A DNA stretch of 61,796 nucleotides, the filler included. It is 5 parts of 5 records of this genome, joined end to end, with 100 filler letters (N's around TTAATTAATTAA, not from the genome) between each part and the next. Parts side by side here need not be neighbours in the genome. Positions count along the whole stretch, not along the records: positions 5,150 to 30,481 come from SRR2962707_3490; positions 30,582 to 47,326 come from SRR2962707_3491; 3 more parts are not named here. One strand, 5' to 3'. This document shows, piece after piece, positions 29,356-40,544 of this stretch (its first letter is position 1; each line of letters opens with the position of its first letter). The translations under genes and the position numbers were made by a program. Below the pieces are notes generated by a model. It was not told the DNA's origin. It ran no database searches and saw only the letters and a program-made list of their open reading frames with translations.

Positions 29356-30481
29356 TTAATGCGCCTCGGCCCAATTCGCGCCGACGCCAGCATCAACGGT
29401 CAGCTTTACATCCAGCTTGACCACTGGGTCGGCTGCGTTCTCCATCACATCACGGGCCGCCTTGATCAAATCGTCTTCGGCCCCTTTTTCTACCTCGAAC
29501 AGCAGTTCATCGTGAACCTGCAGCAACATCGTTGCAGGGATATCCTTGATCGCATCGGGCATGCGGATCATGGCGCGGCGAATGACATCGGCGGCGGTCC
29601 CTTGGATCGGGGCGTTTATCGCCGCGCGCTGGGCAAAACCGGCGCGCGGCCCTTTGGCAGCAATCTCGGGCGTGTTGATCTTGCGACCAAAGAGCGTCTG
29701 AACATATCCGTGCTCTTTGGCGAATGCTTTGGTGTCGTCCATATAGGTCCGAATGCCGGGGAAACGTTCGAAATAGCGGTCGATGAACCCCTGTGCTTCG
29801 GCGCGTGGAATGCGCAGATTGCGGGCCAGACCAAAGCCGGAAATGCCGTAAATTACACCAAAGTTGATCGCCTTGGCCTGACGGCGCACATCTGGCGTCA
29901 TCTCATCCAACGGAACATCAAACATCTCTGACGCGGTCATCGCGTGGATGTCGAGGCCGTCTTTGAACGCTTGCTTTAGGGCTGGGATGTTGGCGATATG
30001 GGCTAGAATGCGCAATTCGATCTGCGAATAATCGAGTGCGACCAGAACTTTGCCTTCTTCGGCAACGAATGCTTCGCGGATGCGGCGGCCTTCCTCGGAT
30101 CGGACGGGGATGTTTTGCAGGTTTGGATCCGTCGATGCCAAGCGCCCGGTCGATGCCCCTGCAATCGAATAGGACGTGTGAACCCGGCCCGTGTCCTTGT
30201 TGATGTGCGTCTGAAGCGCGTCCGTATAGGTCGATTTCAGCTTGGACAGTTGCCGCCAATCCAGAATGCGCCGGGGGAAATCATGTTCGGTGGCAAGGTC
30301 TTCCAATATGTCCGCGCCGGTCGAATATTTCCCGTTCGCACCTTTTTTTCCGCCCTCAAGGCCCATGTCGTCGAACAGAACCTCGCCGACCTGTGCGGGC
30401 GATCCAACATTGAACTTGCGCCCGACCATCTCGTAAATCTCGTCTTCCAAGCCCGCCATTTTCTGGGCAAAGGCATTGGAC
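29356..30481 (-). CDS. polA: DNA polymerase I, C-terminal part (cut by contig end)
   Basis: TGRLAS.DPNLQNIP, DYSQIELR, KAINFGVIYG, LQVHDEL. Confidence 0.97.
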
Positions 30482-30581
30482 NNNNNNNNNNNNNNNNNNN
30501 NNNNNNNNNNNNNNNNNNNNNNNNNTTAATTAATTAANNNNNNNNNNNNNNNNNNNNNNNNNNNNNNNNNNNNNNNNNNNN
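30482..30581. other. Artificial contig linker
   Basis: N spacer with TTAATTAATTAA. Confidence 0.98.
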
Positions 30582-30658
30582 AAGAAGAATTCTACATTTT
30601 TGACACCTCTATATTGAATTCTAAAAATATTGAATCATTTACAAAATGGTTATTCCTA

Positions 30659-30991
30659 TCATTCAAATGGAATTAAATGTGTAGTTATATCTGGAGGTTT
30701 TGGTATAAACCTTTCTAAATTATCATTATAAATATCATAATAATCTTTAAAAAAATAATTCTTAAAAGATATTGGATACACATTATCAGCATTAATTCCA
30801 TCTACCTTTAGAATATATGGTATTAATTGCTTCTTTAAATTGTAAGAATAATTAAATTCATTAAAATCTAGCTTACTTGATGATAAGTAAAACGAATTTA
30901 ATGAAGGCAACTTAATTGAATCATTAGCGGTCTGACAATATCCTTTCAAAGAGAAAAATATAAGAGATAAAACTAGTATTCGATTTTTCAT
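30659..30991 (-). CDS. Hypothetical secreted protein
   Basis: Bacteroidetes-type signal peptide ending ...GYC/Q. Confidence 0.6.
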   Translation of the reverse strand: MKNRILVLSLIFFSLKGYCQTANDSIKLPSLNSFYLSSSKLDFNEFNYSYNLKKQLIPYILKVDGINADNVYPISFKNYFFKDYYDIYNDNLERFIPKPPDITTHLIPFE

Positions 30992-31115
30992 TCTTCAGAA
31001 ATTAAAAAATTATCCTTTTAAAATTATAAATAATAATTGATATCCCATCGATTATTAAACCTAATATTTTGCTAAAAATTAGGTGTGAAACTTAGAAGAA
31101 TTGAATAAGAGAGGG

Positions 31116-32801
31116 TTATTTCAGGCTATTGAATGTATCTGTATAATCTCCGGTAATAGTTACATTACCATTTTTAGTCACTTTTCCGTAAACTGTTATG
31201 GAAGACTCACTCCCTAAAAATTGGAGAGTTGCCCCATTATTTAAAATCATATTTCCGTATATAACCAAGCTTCCTTCTATCTGTAACACTCCATCATTAT
31301 TAACAATTAAAGCATTATACGGAGCTTCTGTAGTGCCTTGAGCTAATGCTCCTTTTATTAAAAATGTTCCTTTACTATTTACATTAACCCCTTTATTTAC
31401 CGCAAGAGCACCGCAAAAAACAAGATTGGCCTTAGCGTTTACATTAACCCCCATTAAACTAGCAGACCCGCTATAAGCCTCCTCTCTATTAGAATTTACA
31501 TTTAGCCAATACCCCCCTGTATATGGAGGGTAATCTGAACATACAATCCCGCTTCCAGAATCTGGAGTGGTAACTGTTTTAAGTATTTTTAATCCCTCTT
31601 TACCATCTGCAACAAAAATATAGTCCTTCTTACTTTTTATATAGTTTGCAGACCCTTCTAAATTAAGAGTTCCTATGGTGATGAAATTATTTATAGCATC
31701 ATTTATTTTATAAACAGAAACTCCTCCAGCTCCATTTGCAGTAAAAATATGTTCGTTCTCTACAGAAACAGCATTGGTAACAACGTCATTAGGGTTGATA
31801 GCCTCCTCAGAATCAACTTCAGGAATATCTATTGTTGCTACTTTAGATCCATTACTAATTTGGTATACCCCTAAGCCTTTAGGCCCCTCAGAAACCAACA
31901 CATTATTTTTATAAAAATCAATGGTTCGCTTTGCTTCTGCTACATCTTGACTGGTTTCGAAACTATTGGTTTCATTTAAATTACTAGAATTATACACATG
32001 AATTCCCTCTGTACCACTCAATACAATAATTTTATTGTCGTTATAAATTTCTACAGCTCTTAAATCTGTTAAAAAAGCATCTTGATCTAGTTGTTGGGTA
32101 TTTAGATTATATTTCCCCAAAATACCATTGTCTCCCGAAACTCCAAAAACGCCATTGGTATTTACCACAACATCTGTTGCTACATATCCCGGCATGTCCA
32201 TTATAGTTATGTTTTCGGTAAGAAGCCCATCCTGTAATTCCATTTTAAGTATGAAAGCTGGGTTTGCATCATCGGTACTCATTGATGGATTTGCTCCAGC
32301 CATGTATAATGCATTTTGATAAAAATCTAATGAACTTATATCTGTATTTGGGAATATAGCTTGCAATACCACTGAAGGATTTAACGGGTTTGAAATATCT
32401 ATTACATCCACAGCTCCTAAATATGTATCTCCTTCCACATTATAAGAAACGTATGCATAGTTACCATTTATAGCTACATGTGTTGCTCTTAATACAGTAC
32501 CATTATAAACTGGCGCAGAAACCTTAGCTATTTGCACAAGCGGAAGATCACTAGCTACCTTGTCTTTTCCAGGAACTTTACTTGAATTTTTCTCAGAAAC
32601 TTCTTCAGGATTCTCTAAAGGAGCTCCTTTTACACTAACCACCCCTGTAGATTTAAAATTTATACGCTCTGAAAGATTATTACTATTTAAAATAACATTG
32701 CTGTTTTCTGGATTCGGTAGGTTTGAACTGTCATCATCAGACTGACAAGCAATTAATACAATAACGAATATTAGTAGGTATATACGTATAATTTTCTTCA
32801 T
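31116..32801 (-). CDS. Surface lipoprotein with LVIVD-like beta-propeller repeats and beta-rich C-terminal domain
   Basis: Lipobox LIAC followed by QSDDD; repeats YAYVSY, VDVIDISNP, HIFTANGAGG, YIFVADGKEGL. Confidence 0.8.
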   Translation of the reverse strand: MKKIIRIYLLIFVIVLIACQSDDDSSNLPNPENSNVILNSNNLSERINFKSTGVVSVKGAPLENPEEVSEKNSSKVPGKDKVASDLPLVQIAKVSAPVYNGTVLRATHVAINGNYAYVSYNVEGDTYLGAVDVIDISNPLNPSVVLQAIFPNTDISSLDFYQNALYMAGANPSMSTDDANPAFILKMELQDGLLTENITIMDMPGYVATDVVVNTNGVFGVSGDNGILGKYNLNTQQLDQDAFLTDLRAVEIYNDNKIIVLSGTEGIHVYNSSNLNETNSFETSQDVAEAKRTIDFYKNNVLVSEGPKGLGVYQISNGSKVATIDIPEVDSEEAINPNDVVTNAVSVENEHIFTANGAGGVSVYKINDAINNFITIGTLNLEGSANYIKSKKDYIFVADGKEGLKILKTVTTPDSGSGIVCSDYPPYTGGYWLNVNSNREEAYSGSASLMGVNVNAKANLVFCGALAVNKGVNVNSKGTFLIKGALAQGTTEAPYNALIVNNDGVLQIEGSLVIYGNMILNNGATLQFLGSESSITVYGKVTKNGNVTITGDYTDTFNSLK

Positions 32802-32940
32802 CCAATTCTTATTTTTTATACAGATATTACATATCTATAAGTTTACCTTAAAAATAAGAAAAAACGCTCATTTTATTAAAAAGATAACTCATTAATTCCA
32901 ACAAAATATAATAACTTGTATTGCGAATTCCCAAAAAGAA

Positions 32941-35900
32941 ATGCTAATGGTTCAGACCAATTTATATAAAAAAACCATATTATCTATAACCACTATTATC
33001 CTACTTGTATCTATTTCTGCTATTCTAGGATGGTTATTTAATATTGAAATGCTGACAGAAGTCATTGCTGGACTCCCTACAATGAAGTTTAATACCGCAT
33101 TATCTTTCTTTCTTCTAACTATTACTATTTATTGTATTCAGCAAAAAGTAAATACAACTATTGTATTTGTCTTAAATATCCTATTAATAGTTTTATGCAC
33201 TTTTACTTTACTGCAAGATATCGGAAATTTTAATTTAGGCATAGACCAATTAATTGTTCCAGATAATAAAGGGCAAATGCTTGGAAAACCCACTCCTGGA
33301 AGAATGTCGATGGCAACTTCTTTATCTTTTATCCTCCTTAGCATTTCTATATTTTCTATTATTGGAAAAAGCCAGAAATTAAAAAGAATAGTAGCTTACT
33401 TACCTCATCTCGTAACATTTTTTTCTTTTTTAGCTATAGTAACATTCTTTTTTGATATTCCTACCATAGATAAAATCATCTTTATCTCCTCAATGGCTAT
33501 ACATACGGCTATTGGATTTTTTATTGCGAGTATAGCAATCTCTTTAATGTTTCCATATTATGGAATTACAGAACTTTTTATTGGTAAAAAGATAGGAAGC
33601 CTTGTAATGCAAAGGTTATTTTTCCAGCTAGCATTAATTACGCTTATAATTTCTTACATAATACTTTATTGTTATCGAAAAGGATATTTTACAGCAGATT
33701 TTTCTATCACTATTCTTGGAGTCACTTTTATTGCTGTAGCCTTATTAATACTCATTTTAGTGGGGCATTCTATAAATAAACTTGAAAAAGAGAGAATGAG
33801 GATTGAAGAAGAATTGCAAATAACAACCACTTATTTAAATGCAACTCCAGATCCAATAATTATAGTTGATAGAAATTTAAAAATACAGCTTTCTAACACC
33901 CTCATGAAAAAGGTTTTTGGTTATGACGAGTCTGATTTAATTGAAAAAAATATAAGCACACTAATTCATAAAGAAGACCAAGAAAAACACAACCTGCATA
34001 TAACTGATTATATTTCTAAACAAAAAAATAAAGATTCCGATATTTCCGAAATAAATAAAGGCAATCATGCGTCCATGATTGAATTAAAGGCGTTGAAGAA
34101 AAATGGAAATGAGGTTCCAGTGGAAATGACTCTTAATACAATTTGGACAAAAAATGGTATTATAACCTTAGTTGCCTTTCGAGACATTTCTCGTAGAGTT
34201 TTAGCTGAGGAAAAGTTTAAAGCCGCCAACCTGAAAGTATTAACAGCATTAGATGCCTCTATAATTGGGGTGTGGGATTTGGACTTCGTTAATTCTAAAT
34301 TAGAATGGGATGAAACTATGTATAAATTATATGGCTTACCTCCTAAGGACACTGAAATTTCTCTTGAGGTTTGGAGAAAATGCTTACACCCAGAGGACAT
34401 TGACCGTGTGTTGAATTTATTTAACGATGCACTAGCCAATAAAGCTACTTACGATACTGATTTCAGAATTATTTGGCCAGATGGTTCTTTACATTACATT
34501 CGAGCTAAAGGCTCGCTACACAGAGAAAATAATAAACCTGTAAGAATGTCTGGTACTAATTGGGATATTACAGCTCAAAAAGAATCTCAATTAGAACTGG
34601 AGAGTAGCACTAGACAAAACAAGGTTTTTATTGATGAAGCACCATCTGCTATAGCCATGTTTGATAAAAATATGGTATACCAAGCAGCTTCCAAAAAATG
34701 GTTAACAGATTATGGTATTACAAAAAAGGTAATAGGCAAATCTCATTATGAAGTATTTCCTGAAATAGGAGACGAATGGAAAAAAATACATCAAGAATGC
34801 TTACAAGGAGCAGAAAACACATGTAATGAAGCTCTGTTTGAACGTGCTGATGGAACAGAACAATGGATTACATGGAAAATAAAACCATGGTATAAAAAAG
34901 AAAATGAAATAGGCGGTTTATTAATGTATACTGCAAATATTACTCAATTCAAAAAAAGTATTTTAGAACGATTACGATTGCAGGATATGCTAGATCAATC
35001 TAATGAAGTAGCAAAGATTGGAAGTTGGGAATATGATGAAGAAAAAGATTATTTAAGCTGGAGCGAAATGACCAAAAAAATACATGAAGTTCCTGATGAT
35101 TATTCTCCAACCAGAGAGGATGCTTTTACCTTTTATCAAGAAGAAGATGCTGAGAAATTACATATTTCTACCGATAGAGCGCTGGAAAAAGGAACTCCTT
35201 TTGATCTTGAGCTCCGATTTGTTACTGCTAAATCCAATAAAAAATGGGTCCGTATTATTGGTCGCACTAAAAGCCTAGATAAAAACAACAAAGTATACGG
35301 AATTGTACAAGATATAAGCACTATAAAAGCTTATGAAGCATCTTTAATTGTTGCAAAGCAAAAAGCAGAAAAAGCAAACAGATCGAAATCAGAATTTTTA
35401 GCAAATATGAGTCATGAAATCCGAACACCACTAAATGGGATAATAGGATTTACCGATTTATTAATGAAAACTACGCTGTCCGATAGTCAGGAAAAATACA
35501 TGCAAACAGTATACAATTCTGCAAACCATCTGTTAGACATTATTAACGACATATTGGATTTCTCCAAAATTGAAGCTGGTAAATTAGAATTGAGCATAGA
35601 AAAAGTAGATATTATTGAACTTTGCAGCCAAACGGTAGATATTATTAAACATCAAGCACATGCTAAAGAACTAGAAATCTTATTAGATATTTCCTCTACC
35701 ATAGATAGATTTGTGTATGCAGATGCTATACGCTTACGCCAAATTTTAACAAACCTCTTAGGAAATGCCGTAAAATTTACACATCAAGGAGAAGTAGAAA
35801 TAGCTATTAAATGCATAACAAATCCAACCGATAATGAAACTAAGAGATACGTTTTCTCCATTAGAGACACTGGCGTTGGAATAGCTTCTCATAATCTTAC

Positions 35901-36933
35901 GAGAATATTTAAGGCCTTTGATCAAGAAGACGCTTCTACTACTAGAAAATATGGAGGAACAGGACTCGGATTGACTATAAGTAACCGCTTATTAGAACTA
36001 ATGGGGAGTAAATTAGAGGTTAAAAGCAAACTAGGTAAAGGAAGTACTTTCTCTTTTGTAATTGACTTTAAAACTGAAAAAGGAGAATGTGAAAATGCAA
36101 TAACTACTTATGAAAGCATCCATAAAGTATTAATTGTGGACGATAATAGTAATAACCGAACCATTTTGAAGGAAATGCTTCAGGTAAATAATATAAACTT
36201 TACTGCCGCTTCTAATGGAGTTGAGGCTTTAGAAATCTTAGAACAGAAAAACAATTTCGACCTACTAATTATAGATTTTAATATGCCGTATTTAAACGGA
36301 ATTGAAGTTGTTGAGCATATTAGAAACAGTTTTAAAATAGGAAGTGATCAATTACCAATAATGCTACTACATAGTTCTGTAGATGATGAGTATATAAACA
36401 AAGCCTGTAAAGAACTTCAAGTACAATTTAACATTACAAAGCCAATTCTATATCATCAATTATATAATGTTATAAATCGTATTGAAAAACCAAACAAGGA
36501 TGAAATTGAAGTTGCTACTACCAACCAGATTATATTAGAAAATATAAATTGTACCATACTTATTGCTGAAGACAATCCAGTAAATAAATTATTAGCTCGA
36601 ACTTTAGTTCAAAGAATTCTACCTAAAGCTATTATTATAGAAGCTGAAAATGGAAAGGAAGCAGTAGCACTATTTAAGAATAATAAAGTTGATTTCATAT
36701 TTATGGACATCCAAATGCCTTTAATGAGTGGTTTTGAAGCCACACAACAAATAAGGGGTTTAGAAAAAGAGAATAGCCATGTTCCTATTATTGCATTAAC
36801 AGCAAGATCTATGAAAGGAGAAAAAGAACGATGTCTAAAACAGGGAATGGACGAGTATGTTTTAAAACCTGTAGTTTATGAAACAATAAAAGAAGTATTA
36901 ATACATTATTTAGAAGAAGGAAAAATATTATAA
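32941..36933 (+). CDS. Membrane hybrid histidine kinase (multi-TM sensor, about 4 PAS, HisKA, HATPase, 2 REC)
   Basis: TM region with PTMKFNTA/PGRMS/MAIHTA; FLANMSHEIRTPLNG; YGGTGLGL; two receivers. Confidence 0.93.
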   Translation: MLMVQTNLYKKTILSITTIILLVSISAILGWLFNIEMLTEVIAGLPTMKFNTALSFFLLTITIYCIQQKVNTTIVFVLNILLIVLCTFTLLQDIGNFNLGIDQLIVPDNKGQMLGKPTPGRMSMATSLSFILLSISIFSIIGKSQKLKRIVAYLPHLVTFFSFLAIVTFFFDIPTIDKIIFISSMAIHTAIGFFIASIAISLMFPYYGITELFIGKKIGSLVMQRLFFQLALITLIISYIILYCYRKGYFTADFSITILGVTFIAVALLILILVGHSINKLEKERMRIEEELQITTTYLNATPDPIIIVDRNLKIQLSNTLMKKVFGYDESDLIEKNISTLIHKEDQEKHNLHITDYISKQKNKDSDISEINKGNHASMIELKALKKNGNEVPVEMTLNTIWTKNGIITLVAFRDISRRVLAEEKFKAANLKVLTALDASIIGVWDLDFVNSKLEWDETMYKLYGLPPKDTEISLEVWRKCLHPEDIDRVLNLFNDALANKATYDTDFRIIWPDGSLHYIRAKGSLHRENNKPVRMSGTNWDITAQKESQLELESSTRQNKVFIDEAPSAIAMFDKNMVYQAASKKWLTDYGITKKVIGKSHYEVFPEIGDEWKKIHQECLQGAENTCNEALFERADGTEQWITWKIKPWYKKENEIGGLLMYTANITQFKKSILERLRLQDMLDQSNEVAKIGSWEYDEEKDYLSWSEMTKKIHEVPDDYSPTREDAFTFYQEEDAEKLHISTDRALEKGTPFDLELRFVTAKSNKKWVRIIGRTKSLDKNNKVYGIVQDISTIKAYEASLIVAKQKAEKANRSKSEFLANMSHEIRTPLNGIIGFTDLLMKTTLSDSQEKYMQTVYNSANHLLDIINDILDFSKIEAGKLELSIEKVDIIELCSQTVDIIKHQAHAKELEILLDISSTIDRFVYADAIRLRQILTNLLGNAVKFTHQGEVEIAIKCITNPTDNETKRYVFSIRDTGVGIASHNLTRIFKAFDQEDASTTRKYGGTGLGLTISNRLLELMGSKLEVKSKLGKGSTFSFVIDFKTEKGECENAITTYESIHKVLIVDDNSNNRTILKEMLQVNNINFTAASNGVEALEILEQKNNFDLLIIDFNMPYLNGIEVVEHIRNSFKIGSDQLPIMLLHSSVDDEYINKACKELQVQFNITKPILYHQLYNVINRIEKPNKDEIEVATTNQIILENINCTILIAEDNPVNKLLARTLVQRILPKAIIIEAENGKEAVALFKNNKVDFIFMDIQMPLMSGFEATQQIRGLEKENSHVPIIALTARSMKGEKERCLKQGMDEYVLKPVVYETIKEVLIHYLEEGKIL

Positions 36934-36993
36934 AATACTTGGTTAATTCTTACTTATAACCTAACTTTTAGTCAAAGACCAATTGCTACCTTA

Positions 36994-37713
36994 ATGTCAA
37001 AATATTTAAACATGCTATTTATAAATAGTGACCCATCAGAAGTTGATGCGTTTTCACTACTTTCTGAAAATTATAATTGGAACATAGAATCTTCAAGTAA
37101 TAGTTTTCAAGCCATTCAGAGAATAAAAGAAAATCCTATTTATAATGCTCTTATAATAGATCATGCTATACAACCCCTTACCCCTATTCAGCTAATAGAT
37201 TATTTAACTATAGAATTAGACATAAATATTCCTGCAGTACTTATTATAGAAGAAAGTGCTTCAGAAAATCTTAAAAATGAAGAACTTTTTCTTGTCATGA
37301 AGAAGCCTATAACTAAAGGCAAGCTTGATAAGATACTTTATTTTGTTAGTGAATCTGTTGGGAATTCTAACAATCAAATCAAGCCGTATTCTCTTGATTA
37401 TTTAAAACAATTATCCGACAATGACACTGCATTTATATTAGAATCCCTACAAATTTTTAAAGACTCTGTGTATGTAAAAATTAATGAATTAAAACAGGCT
37501 ATTAAAAATCTAGAATACAACACCGCCCGAGAAATAGCACATAATATTAAGCCTTCTTTTGAAATGCTTGATAATAATTATAGTAAAGTGCTCTGTAATA
37601 ATATATGTTATGAGGTCAAAGATCAAGAAATCTCTTTTTTAGCTGAAAAGCTTTCTCTAGAATATACAAAGATTGTAACAGAATTAAAAAAGGAATTCCC
37701 CAATATTAAATGA
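36994..37713 (+). CDS. Degenerate REC plus HPt protein
   Basis: REC-like N-terminus; YSLDYLKQL...AHNIKPS HPt motif. Confidence 0.8.
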   Translation: MSKYLNMLFINSDPSEVDAFSLLSENYNWNIESSSNSFQAIQRIKENPIYNALIIDHAIQPLTPIQLIDYLTIELDINIPAVLIIEESASENLKNEELFLVMKKPITKGKLDKILYFVSESVGNSNNQIKPYSLDYLKQLSDNDTAFILESLQIFKDSVYVKINELKQAIKNLEYNTAREIAHNIKPSFEMLDNNYSKVLCNNICYEVKDQEISFLAEKLSLEYTKIVTELKKEFPNIK

Positions 37714-38075
37714 AAAAGAAAATATTAATTATTGAAGATAACCCAATGATAGTCAAATCATTGGAATTTAAATTAACAAAAGACGGATATGAGATTGTAG
37801 TAGCTCATGATGGCCGGAAGGCGCTAGATATACTTAAAAATGAGACTTTTCAGCTTGTTATTACAGATTTGATGTTGCCCTTTATTAACGGTACAGAACT
37901 AATAGAACACATAAAAAATAATATTCCTGAGTTACCTATTATTGTTCTATCAACTTCAAACCAAGAAGAAATTATAATGGATGCCTTCAAAATGGGTGTA
38001 AACGATTTTATAACGAAACCTTTTAGTCCTAACGAATTATCGTTAAGGGTAAAAAGAACAATAGAAAACAATTAA
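37710..38075 (+). CDS. Single-domain response regulator
   Basis: IEDN, ITDLMLP, KPFSP; no output domain. Confidence 0.92.
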   Translation: MKKKILIIEDNPMIVKSLEFKLTKDGYEIVVAHDGRKALDILKNETFQLVITDLMLPFINGTELIEHIKNNIPELPIIVLSTSNQEEIIMDAFKMGVNDFITKPFSPNELSLRVKRTIENN

Positions 38076-38079
38076 TTTT

Positions 38080-39084
38080 TTGGACTCCCTAGAAAATATA
38101 ATAAATAATTGGCCCTGGATATTAAAAGTGAATACTTTTTTTATAGCTATATTTTTAGTGTTCATAATTATAGGCATAGGGTTTCTTACCTACTTCCGTA
38201 TTCGCAAAAATAGACGAGAAAAACTTAAACATATTTATCAAGAAAATACAGATGAATTTTTAAACAACTATATGTTTAATGATGATTTTGATATAAAAAG
38301 AGAAATTGAAGACTTTAAAATAAAACACTTAAACACCTCCTTAAAGAAAAAAATAACCCTCCGACAAATTTTAGTTTACAATGAAAATTTTACTGGCGAG
38401 TCTTCCGTTCTCATAAAAAAAATATTCCAAGAGTTAGAATTAGACCAATTTGTGTTTGATATCCTCAAAAAAGGGGAATGGTATGATAAGGCACGAGCAA
38501 TATATGCATTATCTGAGCTTTTTGTTATAAATCCAAAACTAGTAGCTCCCTACTTAAATTCGAAACGAGAAGAAGTTAGAGAGCAAGCCATTTATTATTT
38601 TCTAAAAACAGCAACCGAAGATCCGCTATCTTTTTTTAAGAATTTAAAAGAGGAATTAACACTATGGGAACTTATCTATGTTGAAGACAGCATAAAATAT
38701 GTGTATTCTGGAAAGATTCCCGATTTTTCATATTGGCTAAACCATCATTTATCTACTGTTGTCATCTTTTCAATTAGAATGATTCAATATTTTAATCAGT
38801 TCGAAAATGTTCCTAAAATAACGCCTTTTTTAGATCATGAAAATCCTTTAATAAGAAAAGAAACAATTAAAGCACTTTATAAACTTCAATATGAAAACCT
38901 ATTAGAACAAGTGTTAACCAGCTTTGAAAAAGAAGAAGAAGTTGTTAAAAAGGAAATAATAAAAGCTATTCAAGCAATAGGAAACATAACGCAGTTAAAA
39001 AAACTGAAAGTGTATATAAATAATCAAGATAAAAATATACAGCTTACATACTTACAAGCAGAAAAGAGTTTATTAGTTAATTAA
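38080..39084 (+). CDS. Membrane-anchored HEAT-repeat protein
   Basis: N-terminal TM; LNSKREEVREQA, LDHENPLIRKETIKAL repeats; TTG start. Confidence 0.82.
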   Translation: MDSLENIINNWPWILKVNTFFIAIFLVFIIIGIGFLTYFRIRKNRREKLKHIYQENTDEFLNNYMFNDDFDIKREIEDFKIKHLNTSLKKKITLRQILVYNENFTGESSVLIKKIFQELELDQFVFDILKKGEWYDKARAIYALSELFVINPKLVAPYLNSKREEVREQAIYYFLKTATEDPLSFFKNLKEELTLWELIYVEDSIKYVYSGKIPDFSYWLNHHLSTVVIFSIRMIQYFNQFENVPKITPFLDHENPLIRKETIKALYKLQYENLLEQVLTSFEKEEEVVKKEIIKAIQAIGNITQLKKLKVYINNQDKNIQLTYLQAEKSLLVN

Positions 39085-39101
39085 TTTTAAAAAGAAAAGC
39101 T

Positions 39102-40523
39102 ATCATTAATTTAAACCAAATATCGGAAATACTTAGTTGGCTATTTTTAATTTATGGAATTATAGTATGCTCTGGATACCTCTTTTCTGCAATATTCTCG
39201 TTCTTTGAAATTAGAGATTATAAAAGAAAATATAGCTTAAAAGACGAAGTAGCTTTATTACAATCAACTAGTCTCCCCTCTATTTCCATATTGGCACCTG
39301 CTTATAATGAAGAAGCTAATATTGTAGAAAACATAAGATCCTTACTCACAATCAATTATCCTTCTTATGAAATTGTAATTATTAACGACGGGAGTAAAGA
39401 TGGGACTTTAGAAAGGCTTATTAAAAACTTTCATTTAGTAGAAGACGATTCCTTATACTTTAATTTTATTCCTACTAAAGAAATAAGAAAAGTATATAAG
39501 TCTAAAAGTAAATCTTTTAAAAATTTAAAAGTAATTGATAAAGAGAATGGCGGTAAATCCGACGCTCTCAATGCCGGAATAAACATCTGTAAGCACTCCA
39601 TTATATCTAGTATTGATGTTGATTGTATTTTGGACAGCGATGCGCTTTTAAAACTCATAAAACCATTTTTAAACAATAAGAAAAAGGTAATTGCTTCTGG
39701 AGGGGTTATCCGTATTGCAAATTCTTGTATTATAGAAGATGGTAAAATTATAGAAGTAAAACTGCCAAATAAATTTGTAGCAAGAGCTCAGGTTATAGAA
39801 TATTTTAGAGCCTTTTTAATGGGAAGAATGGCTTGGTCTCGCATGGATGGATTGCTCCTTATTTCTGGCGCTTTTGGTATGTTCGATAAAGAAACTGTTA
39901 TGGATGCTGGAGGGTATAATACCAATACCGTAGGAGAAGACATGGAACTTTTGGTTCGTATGCGAAGAATAATGAGAACCCAAAACATTGATTATACTGT
40001 TGGATTTATTCCAGACCCATTGTGCTGGACAGAAGTCCCTCAAAAATGGAGTATTTTACATCGACAACGAAATAGATGGACAAGAGGAACCGCAGAAACT
40101 TTATGGCTTCATAGAGCTATGATATTTAATCCTAAATACAAAGTTTTAGGAATGTTAAGCACTCCTTATTGGCTGTTTTTTGAGTGGCTAGCACCAATAA
40201 TAGAATTTACAGGAATTCTCTTTTTCATAGTTTTACTATGTCTAGGTCAAATTAATTGGCTATTTGCCCTAAGCTTCTTTCTAGTTTCTTATAGCTTTGG
40301 TATTTTATACTCAATTACAGCTTTACTATTTGAAGAATATTCGTTTCAACAATACAAAAAAACTAATTACATCTATAAATTAATAATTACCGCATGCTTA
40401 GAGCCTATTTTTTATCATCCATTTTTACTCTGGGCATCTTTAAAAGGTAATATTGATTTGTTTAGAGGACGTAAAACATGGGGAACCATGAGCAGGTCAG
40501 GATTAAGAAATGCAGCAAAATAG
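39102..40523 (+). CDS. Processive GT2 glycan synthase (PgaC/YaiP/NfrB-like)
   Basis: PAYNEE, NDGSKD, GGKSDALN, DVD, GED, QRNRW and C-terminal TMs; frame with N-terminal TM is open from 39081, start tentatively ATC 39102. Confidence 0.88.
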   Translation: MINLNQISEILSWLFLIYGIIVCSGYLFSAIFSFFEIRDYKRKYSLKDEVALLQSTSLPSISILAPAYNEEANIVENIRSLLTINYPSYEIVIINDGSKDGTLERLIKNFHLVEDDSLYFNFIPTKEIRKVYKSKSKSFKNLKVIDKENGGKSDALNAGINICKHSIISSIDVDCILDSDALLKLIKPFLNNKKKVIASGGVIRIANSCIIEDGKIIEVKLPNKFVARAQVIEYFRAFLMGRMAWSRMDGLLLISGAFGMFDKETVMDAGGYNTNTVGEDMELLVRMRRIMRTQNIDYTVGFIPDPLCWTEVPQKWSILHRQRNRWTRGTAETLWLHRAMIFNPKYKVLGMLSTPYWLFFEWLAPIIEFTGILFFIVLLCLGQINWLFALSFFLVSYSFGILYSITALLFEEYSFQQYKKTNYIYKLIITACLEPIFYHPFLLWASLKGNIDLFRGRKTWGTMSRSGLRNAAK

Positions 40524-40544
40524 GTAAACTAAGATATTATTAAA

